From assembly GCA_958009085.1 (NCBI GenBank), contig OY253669.1:1426001-1490000 (forward strand): 64,000 nucleotides of DNA, written 5' to 3'. The position numbers were made by a program, and so were the translations under genes. This document shows positions 11,801 through 24,439 of this stretch, piece by piece. The notes beneath the pieces were generated by a model. That model saw only the letters and a list, made by a program, of their open reading frames with translations. It was not told the DNA's origin and ran no database searches. Every line of letters begins with the position of its first letter. Position 1 is the first letter of the stretch. The stretch is from Protoeuglena noctilucae. Its lineage: Eukaryota.

Positions 11801-14800
11801 GAACCGCTCTTCCTTGACCGACAGCGGCACGGGGGCGGCGCGGAAGGGTCGCTGGAATCGATTGGGGTCCCTTGCCCGCCTGGCCCACTCCTCCCTCTGC
11901 CTCTTCCTCCACTTGTCCCGTTCCGCGAACGAGAAGGGCTGCTGGATTGCCTGCAGCCACGCCTTGCCCCGCTCCACCGCCTCCTCCCGCCGCGCCTCCT
12001 CCTCCGCCAGGATGGCCTCGTAACGCGGCTGCGGGAGAGGGACGGGATGCAGCGCAGTGAGTGGGGAGGGGGTTGAGGGGTGTTGGGGGAGTACAGGAGG
12101 GGCTGAGCGAAGGAGCAAGAGGGGCGAACAAGTGGCACAGCACGTAACAGGGAGCCTGCCTTGCCCCTCACCTCTACGGTGGACTGCGGGAGGGGGTTAG
12201 CCCGGAAGCAGTACGCCCTGGCTGCTTCCTCCTCCTGCCTGCGCAGCTCCAGGTCAAGCTCCATCTTGATCGTCGAGAGGGGCTTCCCTGTATGGCAGAG
12301 AGAGGGTCGAGGTGGTGGTACCATGCTGATGACATGCGGGTGCTGGCGGGTGCGGCTGTGCAGACGCTCGCGCGCGAGGAGGCAGGGTTTACGTAACCAA
12401 CCGCGTCTCGCCTTTCGCGCGGGAGTCGAAGCTGAAGGGCCTGGGCACCGTGGGCGGGGGCGGCTCGAGGGAGGCGGTGGAACCACGCACGAGGCGCAGG
12501 CGGCTGTTGGGGCCGGCCCCGGAGTGGTCGATGTCGATCTTCGGGACGTGCTCTGAGTAATGGGGGACGAAGCGGCCTTGCAGCACCGCCTCGCGCTCCT
12601 CGGGGGAGAGCAGGTCTGCGGGGCAAGGGGGATCGGGGCACGGGGGTTGAGAGGGAGTGGTGGTTGGGTCAGGGACAGGGGTGGAGGGGACGGGTGCCAG
12701 TGGGGCAGTGCGGACGGGTGAGGGTGAGGGGCTGAGGGAAGGAGTGCATGTGGCGGGGTCAGGACCGAGGAAGAGCGGGCAGGGGATGAGTCCTACCTGT
12801 GCCACTGACCGATCACCACGCTTCACGCATGCCATTCCATTCCACTCGACCATTCCACCCCACTCACCAATGACCTCATCCAGCGCGTCCCCGATGCGTG
12901 CCTCCTCTGCACCACCGTGGTCCTCCTCGTGCGCCGATGCCCTGGCGCTGACCGCCCGCCTGTGCCAGGTCGTGGGAACGACGTGGTCGTGGCCGATGTT
13001 CCGGCGGTACTCATCCATCCACTCGTCCTGGGCCTGCCACGCCCGCTCCAGGCCCTCCATGGCCCTCGCCTCCTCCTCCATCATCGCCATCACCTGCGAT
13101 GCGCCAAGAGGATTTCCACATGTCGAGCCAGCCACTCAAAGGCAGCCATGGGTCGCTGTGACTGTTACGGTGGGCGGCACTTGCGATGCTGCTGAGGGAG
13201 AGGCTCTCACCTTCATCCTCTCCTCGTCCTCTGGCGTGCCCTTGCCCCGCTTCCTGCCCTCCCTCTCCAGGTCGCTGTCGTACCCGCCCTCCTCGAACCG
13301 CCGCTGCATCTCAAAGGCAAGCTGGCTCAGGTGCTCCTGCCGCCGGCGCTCGTCGAAGCGGCCCGTGGCGATCGCGAGCTCCTCCTCCGTCTGCGTGACA
13401 GGGAAGCGAGGATCAGGGACACGTCCAGCGACCGTCAAGGTTCAGGACGACCGCCAAGACTGTAGCAGGGGCGAAGCAACACATCTCAGCTGTCCCACCA
13501 AGGCAGGAAAGCGACGGGTCAAGGACACCTGCTTAAGTGGCGCAAACGCCACCCGCCCAGCCGCCCCCGGGCACCCTTGCCACTCACCAGCGCGGTGCGC
13601 CCCAGCTCACGCGACCTCCGCACCGCCTTCTCGAGGCCCTCCGCCATGCCCAGCGCCACCGCGTCGATCTCGTGGACCGTGGCGTCGAAGGGACTCCCGC
13701 GGGGCCCGCGGCCCCGGCGGTGCGCGTGGGGCCGACCCTCGGTGTGGGGCGGGTCGGGACCACGCTCCTCCACCGACGCCGACCGTGCCGGCGGGGGTGA
13801 GCCCCACGTCACCCGCCCGTGGGGCGGCTGCGGAAGGCTGCGTCCGACGGCGCCTCTGCCCCCTGGCGCGCCGCCCTGTGCCAGCGACGTCGGCGACGCG
13901 GGCGCTGGCCTCGGGCCCGCCCACGCGGCTGCAGGAGCAGCGCCGGGGCCGGTGCGCCCGGGCGACGGCGATCGGGCCGCAACGGGCGCGTCCCAGGACG
14001 CGTTCTCCCAGGACCCTCGCGCGCGTGCACCCTGCTGTTGCGGGCTCGACCGCTCTCTGCCATCCCGCTCAGGGCCACCAACTCCCTCATCCCGCCCTCG
14101 CTGCGAACGCGGCGGCGTCCATGCGCCCCGCTTCGCCTTCGCCTCATCCCCCTCAGCCAGGTGCACGTCAGGGTAGCGTGGGTCGGACGCCACGTCAACG
14201 TTGGGGTAGCGAGGCGACCTGTCCCCGCCCCCGGCGTCCACAGAAGGGTAGCCGCGGCGCCCGGCGGGGTCGCGGCCGCCGGAGACCCGCGTCGGGGGCG
14301 ACGGAGACCTCGATCGGGAGGCGGGCGGGTGGTGGTGTCCCTCTGCGTGGTCCCGGTGCCGTCCGTCTGAGTGACCGTACCCGCGGGGCGGTGACCCGTA
14401 GGGGCCATGGGCGTGTGCGTCCGCATCGGGCACGCCGTACTCGTTCTCGCGCAGTCGGCGGCGGGCCTCGTCGACCGCGGACTGGATGGCGGCGGGGTCG
14501 GCGTGGCCGGCGCGGCGCTGGGGGGCGACACGCCCGGCAGAGTGGTAGTCGGCCAGGGCTGGGTCCGGGTGGTACCCCGAGGCGTGGTGCGACACGGAGT
14601 CCATGCGGCTCTTGGCCACGTGGGGCGTGGTGGCGGGGCGGACGGGCCGCAGCGTCGCCGGCAGCGGTGCAGGCCCAGTGGTGGGCTTGGCGGGGCTGCG
14701 GAGGGCGGCGACGGACGCGGACGACGGCCGAAAGGAGAGGGACTGTGGAACGGCGCCGGCCGTGTACGGCATCGAGGCGTCCGTGGCAGCCTGAGGGTTA

Positions 14801-17800
14801 TGGGGGAGCACTGCGGTCGCAATGTCAGCGCCAGCCACGTGGGGCAGCACATCACAGGCGATGCCGTGGACAGTGGTCGTGCGATGCGCTCACCTGGGCA
14901 GCCTGGATGGCCGTCTCAGCCCGGCGCGCCACCGAATCCATCAAAGCCCGCCACCCCGTCGCAGTCGCGTGCTGCGTGTGCAACGACAACAGCAGGCCTT
15001 CTAACCCGTCCGCCCGCCTTGGTAAGCATCAACACCACGCCCATTCATGTCCAGGGGTTCTAACAACATGTGCCGCCGAGCAAGTGCCCCCCCTCACCTT
15101 GTCTGTCGTGGCCACGCGTTGGAGCGTCACTCGGGCGGCACCTGCGCCCGTGAGCCCCTCCCTCCGTGGCACGCGGGCCGCCGCCGTGGACGACCGCTTG
15201 CCCGCACGCCTCGACTCCCCCAATTCCGGGGCGTTGTGCACGCGCTTGGCGAACTCCCTGTCCCGCATGCGACGCTGACGCTGCATGGGGGGCGCTGGTG
15301 CGTCACTCTTGCCAGCCATCGGCACGACCATTTGAAATGGTCAGTGCATCGCTCTATGCGACCGTATCTGCGCATCTGCACGCGCTCCCATCGCTCATAT
15401 GTCATGCGAGATGCATGCTCATGTTTGCATTTGTGATCCGTCGACCACCGCCTGGGTCCTTGCCTTCTCTTCCGCTTGCTGCTCGAGCTCCGCGCGCGCC
15501 CGCTCGTGCATTAGCATCTCCCGCTGGTGCCGGGTGTGCAGGAAGTGGTCGTCCGCCTGCGTCAGAGACCGAGGGGGACAGGATGAGTCGGTTGCTATGA
15601 TAACTACGATTCCTGTTCGTGTCGAGACACGTCAGGCGAGGTGCTATGTGAGCAGTTAGATTACATGCCACATGCAAGCAAGTGGATGCGTGCAAAGGAT
15701 ACAGCGAGCGCCAGCGTCGCCCCAGCCACCGCCATGCCTCACCAGCGCGGGGTGCAGGGCGTCGAAGGACATCTGCACCGGGGCGAGCGCCTGCACCTCT
15801 CGCGTCCCGCGCCGCGCCACGCTCGCTATGCTCTTCTGGCCTGTTAAGTGGTCCCCGTAGTTGTCCCTCTGGCCAGCCAGGTGGTCGGCGTAAGCGTCGG
15901 GCTCCTCGTGAGCGCGCATCGCCTCCTTTGCCACATCGTAGAAGCGACTGCCCGCCACGTCGCCGAAGTCACTGTACTCTGACTCGTCCGCGGGCGTGCG
16001 TGGACGTGCCCCATGGGAATCCAGTTGCATGGAAGGAGCCACGGCCCTCGCTTGGCCGACGCGGGCGTTGCGCTCCGTGGCAGGGGCGTGCCTGTCCGCA
16101 GCAGGGGCGTGCCTGTCCGCAACAGGGGCGTGCCCGTCTGGAGCATGGGCTTGCCGGCCCTCCATGCGGCCCAGACCCACGAGGTCCTGCTTGTCGCTGT
16201 CTGCACGGCCCTGGCCCCTCACAGGGTCAGCTCTCGGCCCGGAACCCCGTTCCCTCCTTCCATCGCCACCACCCGTCTCCTGCTCCCCACCCCCGCGCTC
16301 CCTCCTCCCATCGCCACGACCCGCCTCTTCCGGCGCCGCGGCCCCTTGTACCGGCCTGCGTGCATCGTCCCTCTCCCCGCCCCGCTCGCCACGATGCCCC
16401 TCAGCGGCGGTCGCTGGCGCCGCAGAGCGAGCGTCCGGCCCCGCGCGAGGGACAGGGCCCACAGCCTGCTCATCGCGCCGATGCGCTCCCCCCGCGCTCG
16501 CCGCCTTGTGCCCCCGCGCGGGCAGCGCTCCGGCCACCGTGGGCGCCGCGAGCGGTGCCGGCTCGTCACGCGCCCGCACGCGGCCAGCGGGCCCCTGGGC
16601 ACTCGGGACCCTTGCACCCGGCGCATCCCGGGCTGGCCCACGCACCGCGTCGCTCGAGTATGACAGCGAGTCAGCTGGGGACCCCGCACTCGGGGAGCCC
16701 TGCCGGGACTCGCGCCGGCTGCTGCGCCGGGCGCCAGACAGCGACGTCCGCGGCGCCTCCCGGGCCACGCCCCTGCCCTGCGGCGCGCCCTCTGCGACTG
16801 CCGGGGCTCGTGCGGCGCCACCCTGTGCCGGGCCCACCTGCTTTCGGACGTGCTCGGGCGCCTCCTGCGGCGACGGGGTCACGTCTTCCGACACGCTCAG
16901 GTCCACCCCGCTCGTTGCCGGCTCAGGGGTGCCCGCATGCGCACCGGGACTCACGGCGCGCCCAGCAGTGGCAGTGGCAGCGGACCCGACCCGCGCGTCG
17001 GCCCTGGCCTGCGCTCCTCCCGCAGCATCCTGCGCCTTTGCCGCAACGCCCTGCGCCCCTCCCGCGACGCCCTGCGCCCCGCCCTCGCCTCCTCCAGTCG
17101 CCGCGCCATCGACGTCACCCTTTGCATCCGTAGGCGCCCTCGCAACCTTGCCCATCGAATCTGCGGCCTCCGCACGCGGAGCTCCACCGGCTGCCGGTCC
17201 CGCAGCGGACTCCTTGGCCTTCTCACCGCTACGCTCTTGCGTAGCTCCAGGAACCACCGCCTCCCCCGCACGGTCGCGGCCTGTTGGGCCCTGAGCCGCG
17301 CCGGCCTTGTCCGCGCGTGCCTGGCTCGCAACAGCCGAGCTCGCGGCACCTTGCGGTACCTCTTTTACGAGCTGATTGGATGCCCATGCTTCCGATACCT
17401 TCCCACCCTTGCCACCCACAGGCGCGTCCGCCCCTCGTGCCCCCTTCCCGCTCCCGCCATTGCCGCCGTGGCTCGGCCCACCCGGCTCATCCTCCGAGTC
17501 TGACAGACCTGGGATGTGATACTCGCCACGGCCGCTCACCTGCCCCGGGCCACCAACCCCAGCCGTCGGCGGAGCCTTTGTCTGTCCAGCCGCAGCGGCT
17601 GGCACCTCCCTGGACCCTGCCGCGCCGCCGTCCGTGCCCTGCCGCTCGCTCTGCCTGGACTCAGGGGCGTCATCCTCGGAATCCGACAGCCCCGGGATGT
17701 GGTAGCCTTCGCGGCCACCCGCAGGCGCGACGCCGTACACCGGTGCCGTCCCAACGGTCGACGCCCGGGGTGCCTCCCCTCCCGCAGCCGCGCCCCGGCC

Positions 17801-19923
17801 GTCGGCCTTGGGCTCCCCCGCTGGGGCCACACCGGCAGTCGGCTTGCTCCCTGCGGCAAGGGGCGCCTCGTTCCCCGAGCCCGACAGCCCCACGCCAGGC
17901 CGCCCTGCGCCGGTGCGAGGATCCAGTCGACCGGGGACCCCGCCAGCCGCACCCTCCCTCGCAGCAGCAGGGCCGGGAGCTGCTCGGGTCCCCGCGGCGC
18001 TAGACTGCGAGACGGTGCTGTGGCCGGGGGCGTCATCGTCAGAGTCGCTGCCCGTCTCCACTGACGGAGCACGCACGGCGCCTCGGGGCCCGCCCCCAGT
18101 CGCGGCCCTGGGCGCGGGGCCACTGCCGCGTGCGGGCTCTCCCACCGTGGCGCGCCCATGTCGCTCCGGGGGCGCAGGACGGTCAGAGTCCGAGCCAGAG
18201 GCATCGTCATCGCTTGATGCGCCCGTCCGCGCCACGCCAGCCGCCTGCGTGCCACGCAGGGATGCGTCGGAGGCCGAGGTCCCCGCAGAATCGCCACGAA
18301 CGTGGGCCTGTGCGGCAGGAGGACGTGCCCTTGCAGGCACGCCATGCGCGGTGCCCTTGGGAGGGGGCGTGTCCTCCTCTGAGTCTGTAAGACCAACCGG
18401 CGCCCGCCCACTGCCTGCCGGGCGTAGCGCAACGGGCGCCCCTCGCTCGCCGCGCGCCGGAGCAGGTGCGGGCGCAGCAGCGGCACCGGTACCCTTCCCT
18501 CCAGCACCCTTGGGCGGAGGCGTGTCCTCATCGGAGTCTGTCAGCCCAGCCGGCGCCCGCCCACTGCGTGTGGCACTCGGCGGGACGGGCGCGCCCCGTT
18601 CGCCACGCGCCGGAGCCGGCGCCTGAGCCGGTGCGGGCGCGGCACCAGCAGCAGCACCCCTCCCGCCCACGCCCTTGGGAGGGGGCGTGTCCTCCTCTGA
18701 GTCTGTCAGACCAACCGGCGCCCGCCCACTGCCCGCAGGACCCGGTGGGACGGGCGCGCCTCGCTCGCCAAGCGCTGGTGCGGGCGCGGCACCGGCACTG
18801 GCATCCTTCCCTCCAGCGCCCTTAGGCGGGGGCGTGTCTTCCTCCGAATCCGTCAGACCAGCCGGCGCCCTTCCACTGCACGTCGCACTCAGCGGGACGG
18901 GCGCACCCCGCTCGCCGCGCGCCGGAGCAGGTGCGGGTGCAGCAGCGGCACCCTTCCCGCCCGCGCCCTTGGGTGGAGGCGTGTCTTTGTCTGAGTCTGT
19001 CAGCCCTGCCGGAGCCCGGCCACTGCCCGCAGGACCCGGCGGGACGGGCGCAACTCGCTCGCCGCGCGCCGGAGCTGGCGCCGGTGCGGACGCAGTAGCA
19101 GCATCCTTCCCGCCTGCACCCTTGGGAGGGGGCGCGTCCTCCTCTGAGTCTGTCGAACCAGCCGGCGCCCTCCCACTGCCTGCTGGGCGCGGCGGGACTG
19201 GTGCGCCCCGCTCGCCGTGCGCCGCAGCTGGCGCTGGTGCGGACGCAGCAGCGGCACCGGCACCCCTCCCGGCCGCGCCCTTAGGCGGGGGCGTGTCCTC
19301 ATCGGAGTCCGTGAGACCGGGTATGTGATAGGAGGGCCTCGGTGCGGCAGCCTGGGCGGAGCCGCCAGACTTGCTGGGGCCCGCAGTCACCCCAGCAGCC
19401 GGACGCGCACCAGGTGCTCGGCCGGACGACACGCTGGTGCGAGCTCCAGGTGCGGCCGGCCTTCCCCAATCGTCAGAGTCTGATGCTGAGAGGTCACGGC
19501 CTTGGGGTCCCGTGGGCCGCGACGCAGCCACCGCGCGGCCCGCCTTCTCCTGCTCCATCTCCCATGAAGTCTTCGGGGCTTTTTTGCGCTGCGAACACGG
19601 GCAAGCGCGCGGTCACAGGCGCGGGAAACAGCGAGGAGGACGCAGAAAGACGCTTTCCGCGCTCTCTCCCGTCCTCTGCGCCGCTGAACTGGCCGGCAGG
19701 AACGCGCCACATCCTATCATCTGCCATCGCCTCGTCTGATCGTATTCCCCCGCGCGGCCGCGACTCCTACCTCGAACTGGAACATGGTGTCGACGTCGGT
19801 CGTTTGTCCCGCCCGCATGCGCGCCTCCCTCATTGATAAAGTCTGCTCGGCAGCCCGACGCGCGACCTCGGAGTTTCCGAAGCGCTGGGCCACCTGCTCT
19901 TTGGCCCGCGCCAGGGAAGACAT
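7403..19923 (-). CDS. FAM161: Very large FAM161/UPF0564-family (centriole/cilium inner-scaffold-like) protein with N-terminal acidic repeats and four C-terminal Cys-rich repeats; about 23 exons
   Basis: UPF0564-type motifs TVPRPFSF, FRANPLP, QQPFSFAER, PFRAAPVP, FRATPVPDFRRLH, TVPEEFHL and RWPYPR across about 12470-10730. Exon phases can be joined without a stop from ATG 19923 (MSSLARAKEQ) to TGA 7403. The family call is firmer than the full extent of the model. Confidence 0.75.
18330..19335 (-). repeat. Coding tandem repeat, about 7 units of roughly 150-170 bp (GLTDSEEDTPPPKGAGG...GERGAPVP...SGRAP)
   Basis: Seven TDS[DE][EK]D[TA]PPPK cores in ORF 15656-19558; the repetition is also visible at DNA level. 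Confidence 0.95.
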
Positions 19924-20335
19924 GGCTACAGAGGTTTGAATGTCGCCTGCGACGGGCGACCCCACCGCGGTCAGATGCCCCCCGAACGGAGCCGCAAACA
20001 CGCAGTCGAGATACCACAGCCAGAACTGCGACGATTGGGCAGGCAGCACTTCAGCACATGCGCGGAGGCCCGCTTCACCATGTTGCTTGCGAGTCAATTT
20101 GTTCGGCGACTTCAGCGACTCCGAGCTCGCGTGGGGGTGGTACTGCACTTGATGAGCGTCAAATAGCGAGGGGGGACACTGCTAGGCCATTGATATACCC
20201 TCCACGCAATGCAAGTATCGGGTTAACAGCGCAGATGCATCTGACCAAGAGGTCGAGGCGAGAGGAGGTGAGAGCTGTGAACTAGTGCTGCGGTAGTCGT
20301 GAAGAAACTCTTCCACTCGGACCTCTCTCGCCACC

Positions 20336-21470
20336 ATGGTCGCACTCATGGGCGCCCTTGTGTGCCCCCCTGCTGCCCGCACCTGCCATCCCGCGGCGAG
20401 CATGTCTTCCCGGGCTGCCATCAGCAACTCCTCAGTGTCGCTGAGGGCGTTCGTGCCCCGGGTTCGCCCGGTGGCGGCCTCCCGGGCCCAGCTTCGGGTG
20501 GCCGCGAGCGCGGAGGACATCAGCTACGTGATGGTCAAGCCGGACGGCGTGCAGGTGACGCATTTCTCTGTGTCGTGCAGCCATCCGTGCATGCAGCGGC
20601 CCGGCATCGCCCTCAGCTCGCTAGTTCTCGGGCCGTCAGCGTCAGCCAGGAGGTCCGATGTCGGCGGTCGTGCGGCCTGGCGCTCTGTTCCCAGTGGCGA
20701 TGGGCTTGCATTGCAGTCTTCTGATCGCGACGCGCGCGAGTGCCCCTGGCGCGGTCCCTCGACGCCGGGGCAGCCGGCTAACTCAACACCCGTCTCGCCG
20801 CGCCATTTGCTGACCCGAACGACGCTGGTCGCATGCATGCATGTTCATGGCGTGCAAAACAGCGCGCTGCTTTGCTCCGCGCGTCGGGATACCTCGAGGC
20901 CGTGTGGCTCGGCCGACCTGTGACGCGACCGTTCCAGCCACCTTTTCTGCAGCGTGGCGTGGTGGGCGAGATCATCAGCCGCTTCGAGCGCAAGGGTTTC
21001 CAGCTCAAAGCTCTGAAGCTGTACCAGACGCCTCGCGAGGTCGCGGAGGAGCACTACAAGGACCTCAAGTCCAAGCCTTTCTACAAGGCGAGTGGTGCGG
21101 GGTGGTGCAGATCGTTTGCATCGCCATCCACACGACACGCGGTGTGTATGGACGGCACACCAACGCAATGGGGCCACGCGCGCAGGACCTGGTGGACTAC
21201 ATCGTGTCGGGGCCTGTCGTGTGCATGGTGTGGGGCGGCCACGGGGTGGTCAAGTCCGCGCGGCTGCTGATCGGGGCCACCAACCCGCTGGAGGCGGCCC
21301 CGGGCACCATCCGGGGGGACCTCGCCGTCGAGGTGGGCCGGAACGTTGTCCACGGCTCCGACTCGGACGAGAACGCCGTGCGGGAGATGAACCTGTGGTT
21401 CGAGGACAGCGAGGTCATCGCCTGGAAGCCTTCCATGATGCCGTGGCTGAGGGAGGAGGGGCGCTTCTAA
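20336..21470 (+). CDS. NDK: Nucleoside diphosphate kinase, probably plastid-targeted
   Basis: Ser/Ala/Arg-rich N-terminus, then [78 protein letters not shown], with the catalytic His. Confidence 0.97.
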
Positions 21471-21645
21471 GAAAGCTGCGCCGTTTGGTATCCACCTGTG
21501 TTGCCGTCAGCAGCGTCTGGCGATGGTCGTCAGGCCAGGCCAAAGGAGTGCCGATCCGTCCACTTTGGCATCACGCCGTTGAATCCTCGATAGCAACAGT
21601 GGAACTGAGTCCTTTGCGGCGTTCGACAGGCCTGCCGCGCCCGGG

Positions 21646-22752
21646 ATGAGCGCCAGGGGCCCGGCACTCTGCATCGGATGTCGGTGTGCTGCGGACTTGA
21701 GCAGCGCACGGGCAATCTGGGTGTCCCCTTCCCCAAATATTAGAGCGCCCGTCGACAGACGCCGGCTCCGCGCCCACGACGATGCGGAGGCGTTTGGCAC
21801 GCCTCCGCCGTGGGAACTAACGACCTATTTCTCGAAGAAAAAGACCAGGATCGTCCAGAAGAACGGGGAGCTTCTCGATGACTTCAGTGTGATGCACGAA
21901 CTCACGCGGGAGCAGCGTTTCGGTGACCCTCGGAGGTGGAATGAGGGCAGGTGGTCAGGTGGCACAGGCGCCATGGTTGCATGCTAATCCCCTGCCCCCG
22001 CAGCGGTGGCCCTGCGTGTGGTGTCCTTGGAGAGCGGGGTCGACGAGGCAGTCCTCGCGGAGATGTTGCAGCGGCTGCTGACGTTGGTGCCGGGGAACGA
22101 GTTCCTGTCGCGCAGGGGCAAGGAGGGGTGGCTGGTCAGGCGAGGTCCACTGCGGTGGGCCCTTGGCGATGTGTCACGCTTGCACGAGTCCCTCCTCATC
22201 TGCTTCTCAGCGACTGCGAACGCGTGCAGGTTCTCGCTGGACGTGGAGCGTGTCGCAGAGCTGGCGCTCGCCATCAAGGCCGCGCTGCCGCACGCATCCG
22301 TGCCAGACATGCTGCAGGCCAGGCCTGAGATCCTGGACATGTCTGCAGCAGAGTTTCAGGCCGCACTGGAGTCGTGCCGAAGCAACTTGGGGGCGCAGAC
22401 CGTCGCAGACGTGGGGTCCCTGGTCAGCGAGCTGCCCGACTTGGTGAGTAGCCCCCGCGCAAGCAGGCAGGTGAAGTGCACGAGCCGTGAGGAGACACGA
22501 GGGTACCCCAGGGATTCCCACCCTCCCCGCGCAGTTAGACCCCCGAGTGTCAGAAGAGTGTGCAGCTGCTCTCGCGAGGCTCATGCCGGAAACCGACCCC
22601 GTCGCATTCCTGTCGTCGAGGTGAGGCCCGACACGCCAAGTGGCAGCCAGCACTACCCAACCATCTCAGGTCACCTCACAGGTTGCCCTTCACCACCTTC
22701 ACAAAACGCCATTTGCTGTCCCCGCGCAGTCCGAGCATGCTCTACTCTCTAG
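21646..22752 (+). CDS. Hypothetical helical protein, possibly organelle-targeted and weakly mTERF-like
   Basis: Transit-peptide-like start; exons contain LQRLLTLVP and IKAALPHASVPDMLQARPEILDM..LVSELPDL. The 3' end is uncertain. Confidence 0.45.
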
Positions 22753-22836
22753 TAGACTTGCGCAAGCAGTCTAGAGGCGACCGAGACGCGCCCCTCCTAT
22801 AGCAGGCACAGCCGCAACGCATTGCAAGCGAAAGGA

Positions 22837-24439
22837 TTACTTGCCCGCGCCGCCGAGGCGCAGCTGCTGGAGGATGCGCCCACCGCCGGGCACGGGGTGC
22901 GGCCCCTTGTACGTCCCGAGCTGCGCCTCCGAGTTGGCCTTGGCGAGCTTGATGAGGATGTCCTGCGCCTTGTCCCAGTTCTCCTGCTTCCCGCCCCACG
23001 TCTTGAGGGTCGTGGCCTGCAGCGCAGCAACAGGTTGAAGCGCCGTCGGTGGCGGGTCAGGGTGTGTGTGCATTAGCAGCATAATACCACTACGTCTTCC
23101 TCAAGCAGTCAAGCGTCATCCATGCGATGATACATTGCGCCCGCCTGTGCCAGGCACGGCGCCCTCGCTGTGGTCCCTCTCCCGCTTCTCACCTGCAGGG
23201 CCCTGCCGTACGAGAACGTGAGCGACCACGGGGCGTTGGGGCACTCCTTCTGGAGCGCATTCAGGTTGATGCTGCTCTCCTCCTCCGACATTCCGCCGGA
23301 CAAGAAGTGGATGCCGGGGACCGCCGCCGGCACGGTGCGCAGCATCGTCCGCACGGTGTACTTGGCGACCTCCTCAGGGGAAGCCACAGGGGCGTCGAGG
23401 CCGGGCAGGCACATGTTGGGCTTGAGGAGGATGCAGTCGAGCATGACGTCGTACTCGTTCAGCATGCGGAAGACATGCGAGTAGACCCGCTCGCTGATGT
23501 AGGCCGTGCGCTCGATGTCGTAGGCACCGGGGCCCAGCGTGACCTCGGGCTCCACGATCGGCACCAGGCCGTTCGCCTGGGCAATCTGCAGGCAGGGCGG
23601 GGCGCGTGGCGTGCTTGGTTTGACCGCGCACGTGCGGAGGCGCAGCCAGCATCAGGGATGCGCCGTGAGCCACAGCAGCGAGCCTTTCCTGGGCGTAGCG
23701 AGCCAACCCGTGAGCATTCTCGCATATCGCCTGGGTCGACGGGCACGCCTGCTCGTCGACCTTGATGACGGCGCGCCACTTTGCAAAGCGTGCCCCCTGT
23801 TTGTAGTACTCCCGACAGCGGTCGGCCAGTCCGTCGAGCCCCTGCGTGGCCGTCTCCCCGTCCGTCCCAGGCAGGGGCTGCAGGCCCGTGTCCACCTTGA
23901 TGCCCGGCACGATGCCCTGGTCCTTGAGGATGTCGACGAACTGCTTGCCGTCGCGGCTCTTCTGGTACAGGGTCTCCTCGAACATGATGGCCCCGGAGAT
24001 GTACTTCCCAAGGCCGGGGGCCGTGTAGAGCAGCTCGCGCCACGCGCGGCGGTTGTCCTCCGTGTTATCCACGCCGATGGTGGCCAAGCGCTTCCCGGTC
24101 GTCGCGTTCGACTCATCTGCAAGCGATTCGTGATGATGGAGGCGCTTTGGTGCGGCCATCTCACGAACAGCTGTGCAGCGCACCTGAGGCGAGGATTCCC
24201 GCCACTTACAAACAGGTGCGCACTGCAACGGCCCCAGCAGGCACCACACCTGAGGCAAGAATGCCCTTCCCGCGCGTGGCGATGTACTTGGCCGTCGCGG
24301 CGAGCTCCTCCCTGTGCGGGTTGGTCCGCTCAAAGGCCGACGTGGCCTGCACCGCGACGGGCCCTGCCGCATGGGGCTGCGGTCGGCCAGCGGCCCGAGT
24401 CGCCAATGGCGTCCCGCTCAGGAAGGTCGTTGGCGCCAT
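22837..24439 (-). CDS. FBA: Fructose-bisphosphate aldolase class I, plastid-type
   Basis: Transit peptide, then [72 protein letters not shown] (Schiff-base Lys), [10 protein letters not shown] and TFSYGRALQ. Confidence 0.97.

Noticed and set aside
12657..15278. 873-aa plus-strand ORF, and many similar long Arg/Pro/Gly-rich ORFs
   Set aside because: These are antisense shadows of GC-rich minus-strand exons, with no motifs; stop codons are rare at this GC content.
18330..19335. Regular repeats as a CRISPR-like array or satellite
   Set aside because: The units are in-frame, degenerate at the codon level, have no unique spacers, and no cas genes are present.
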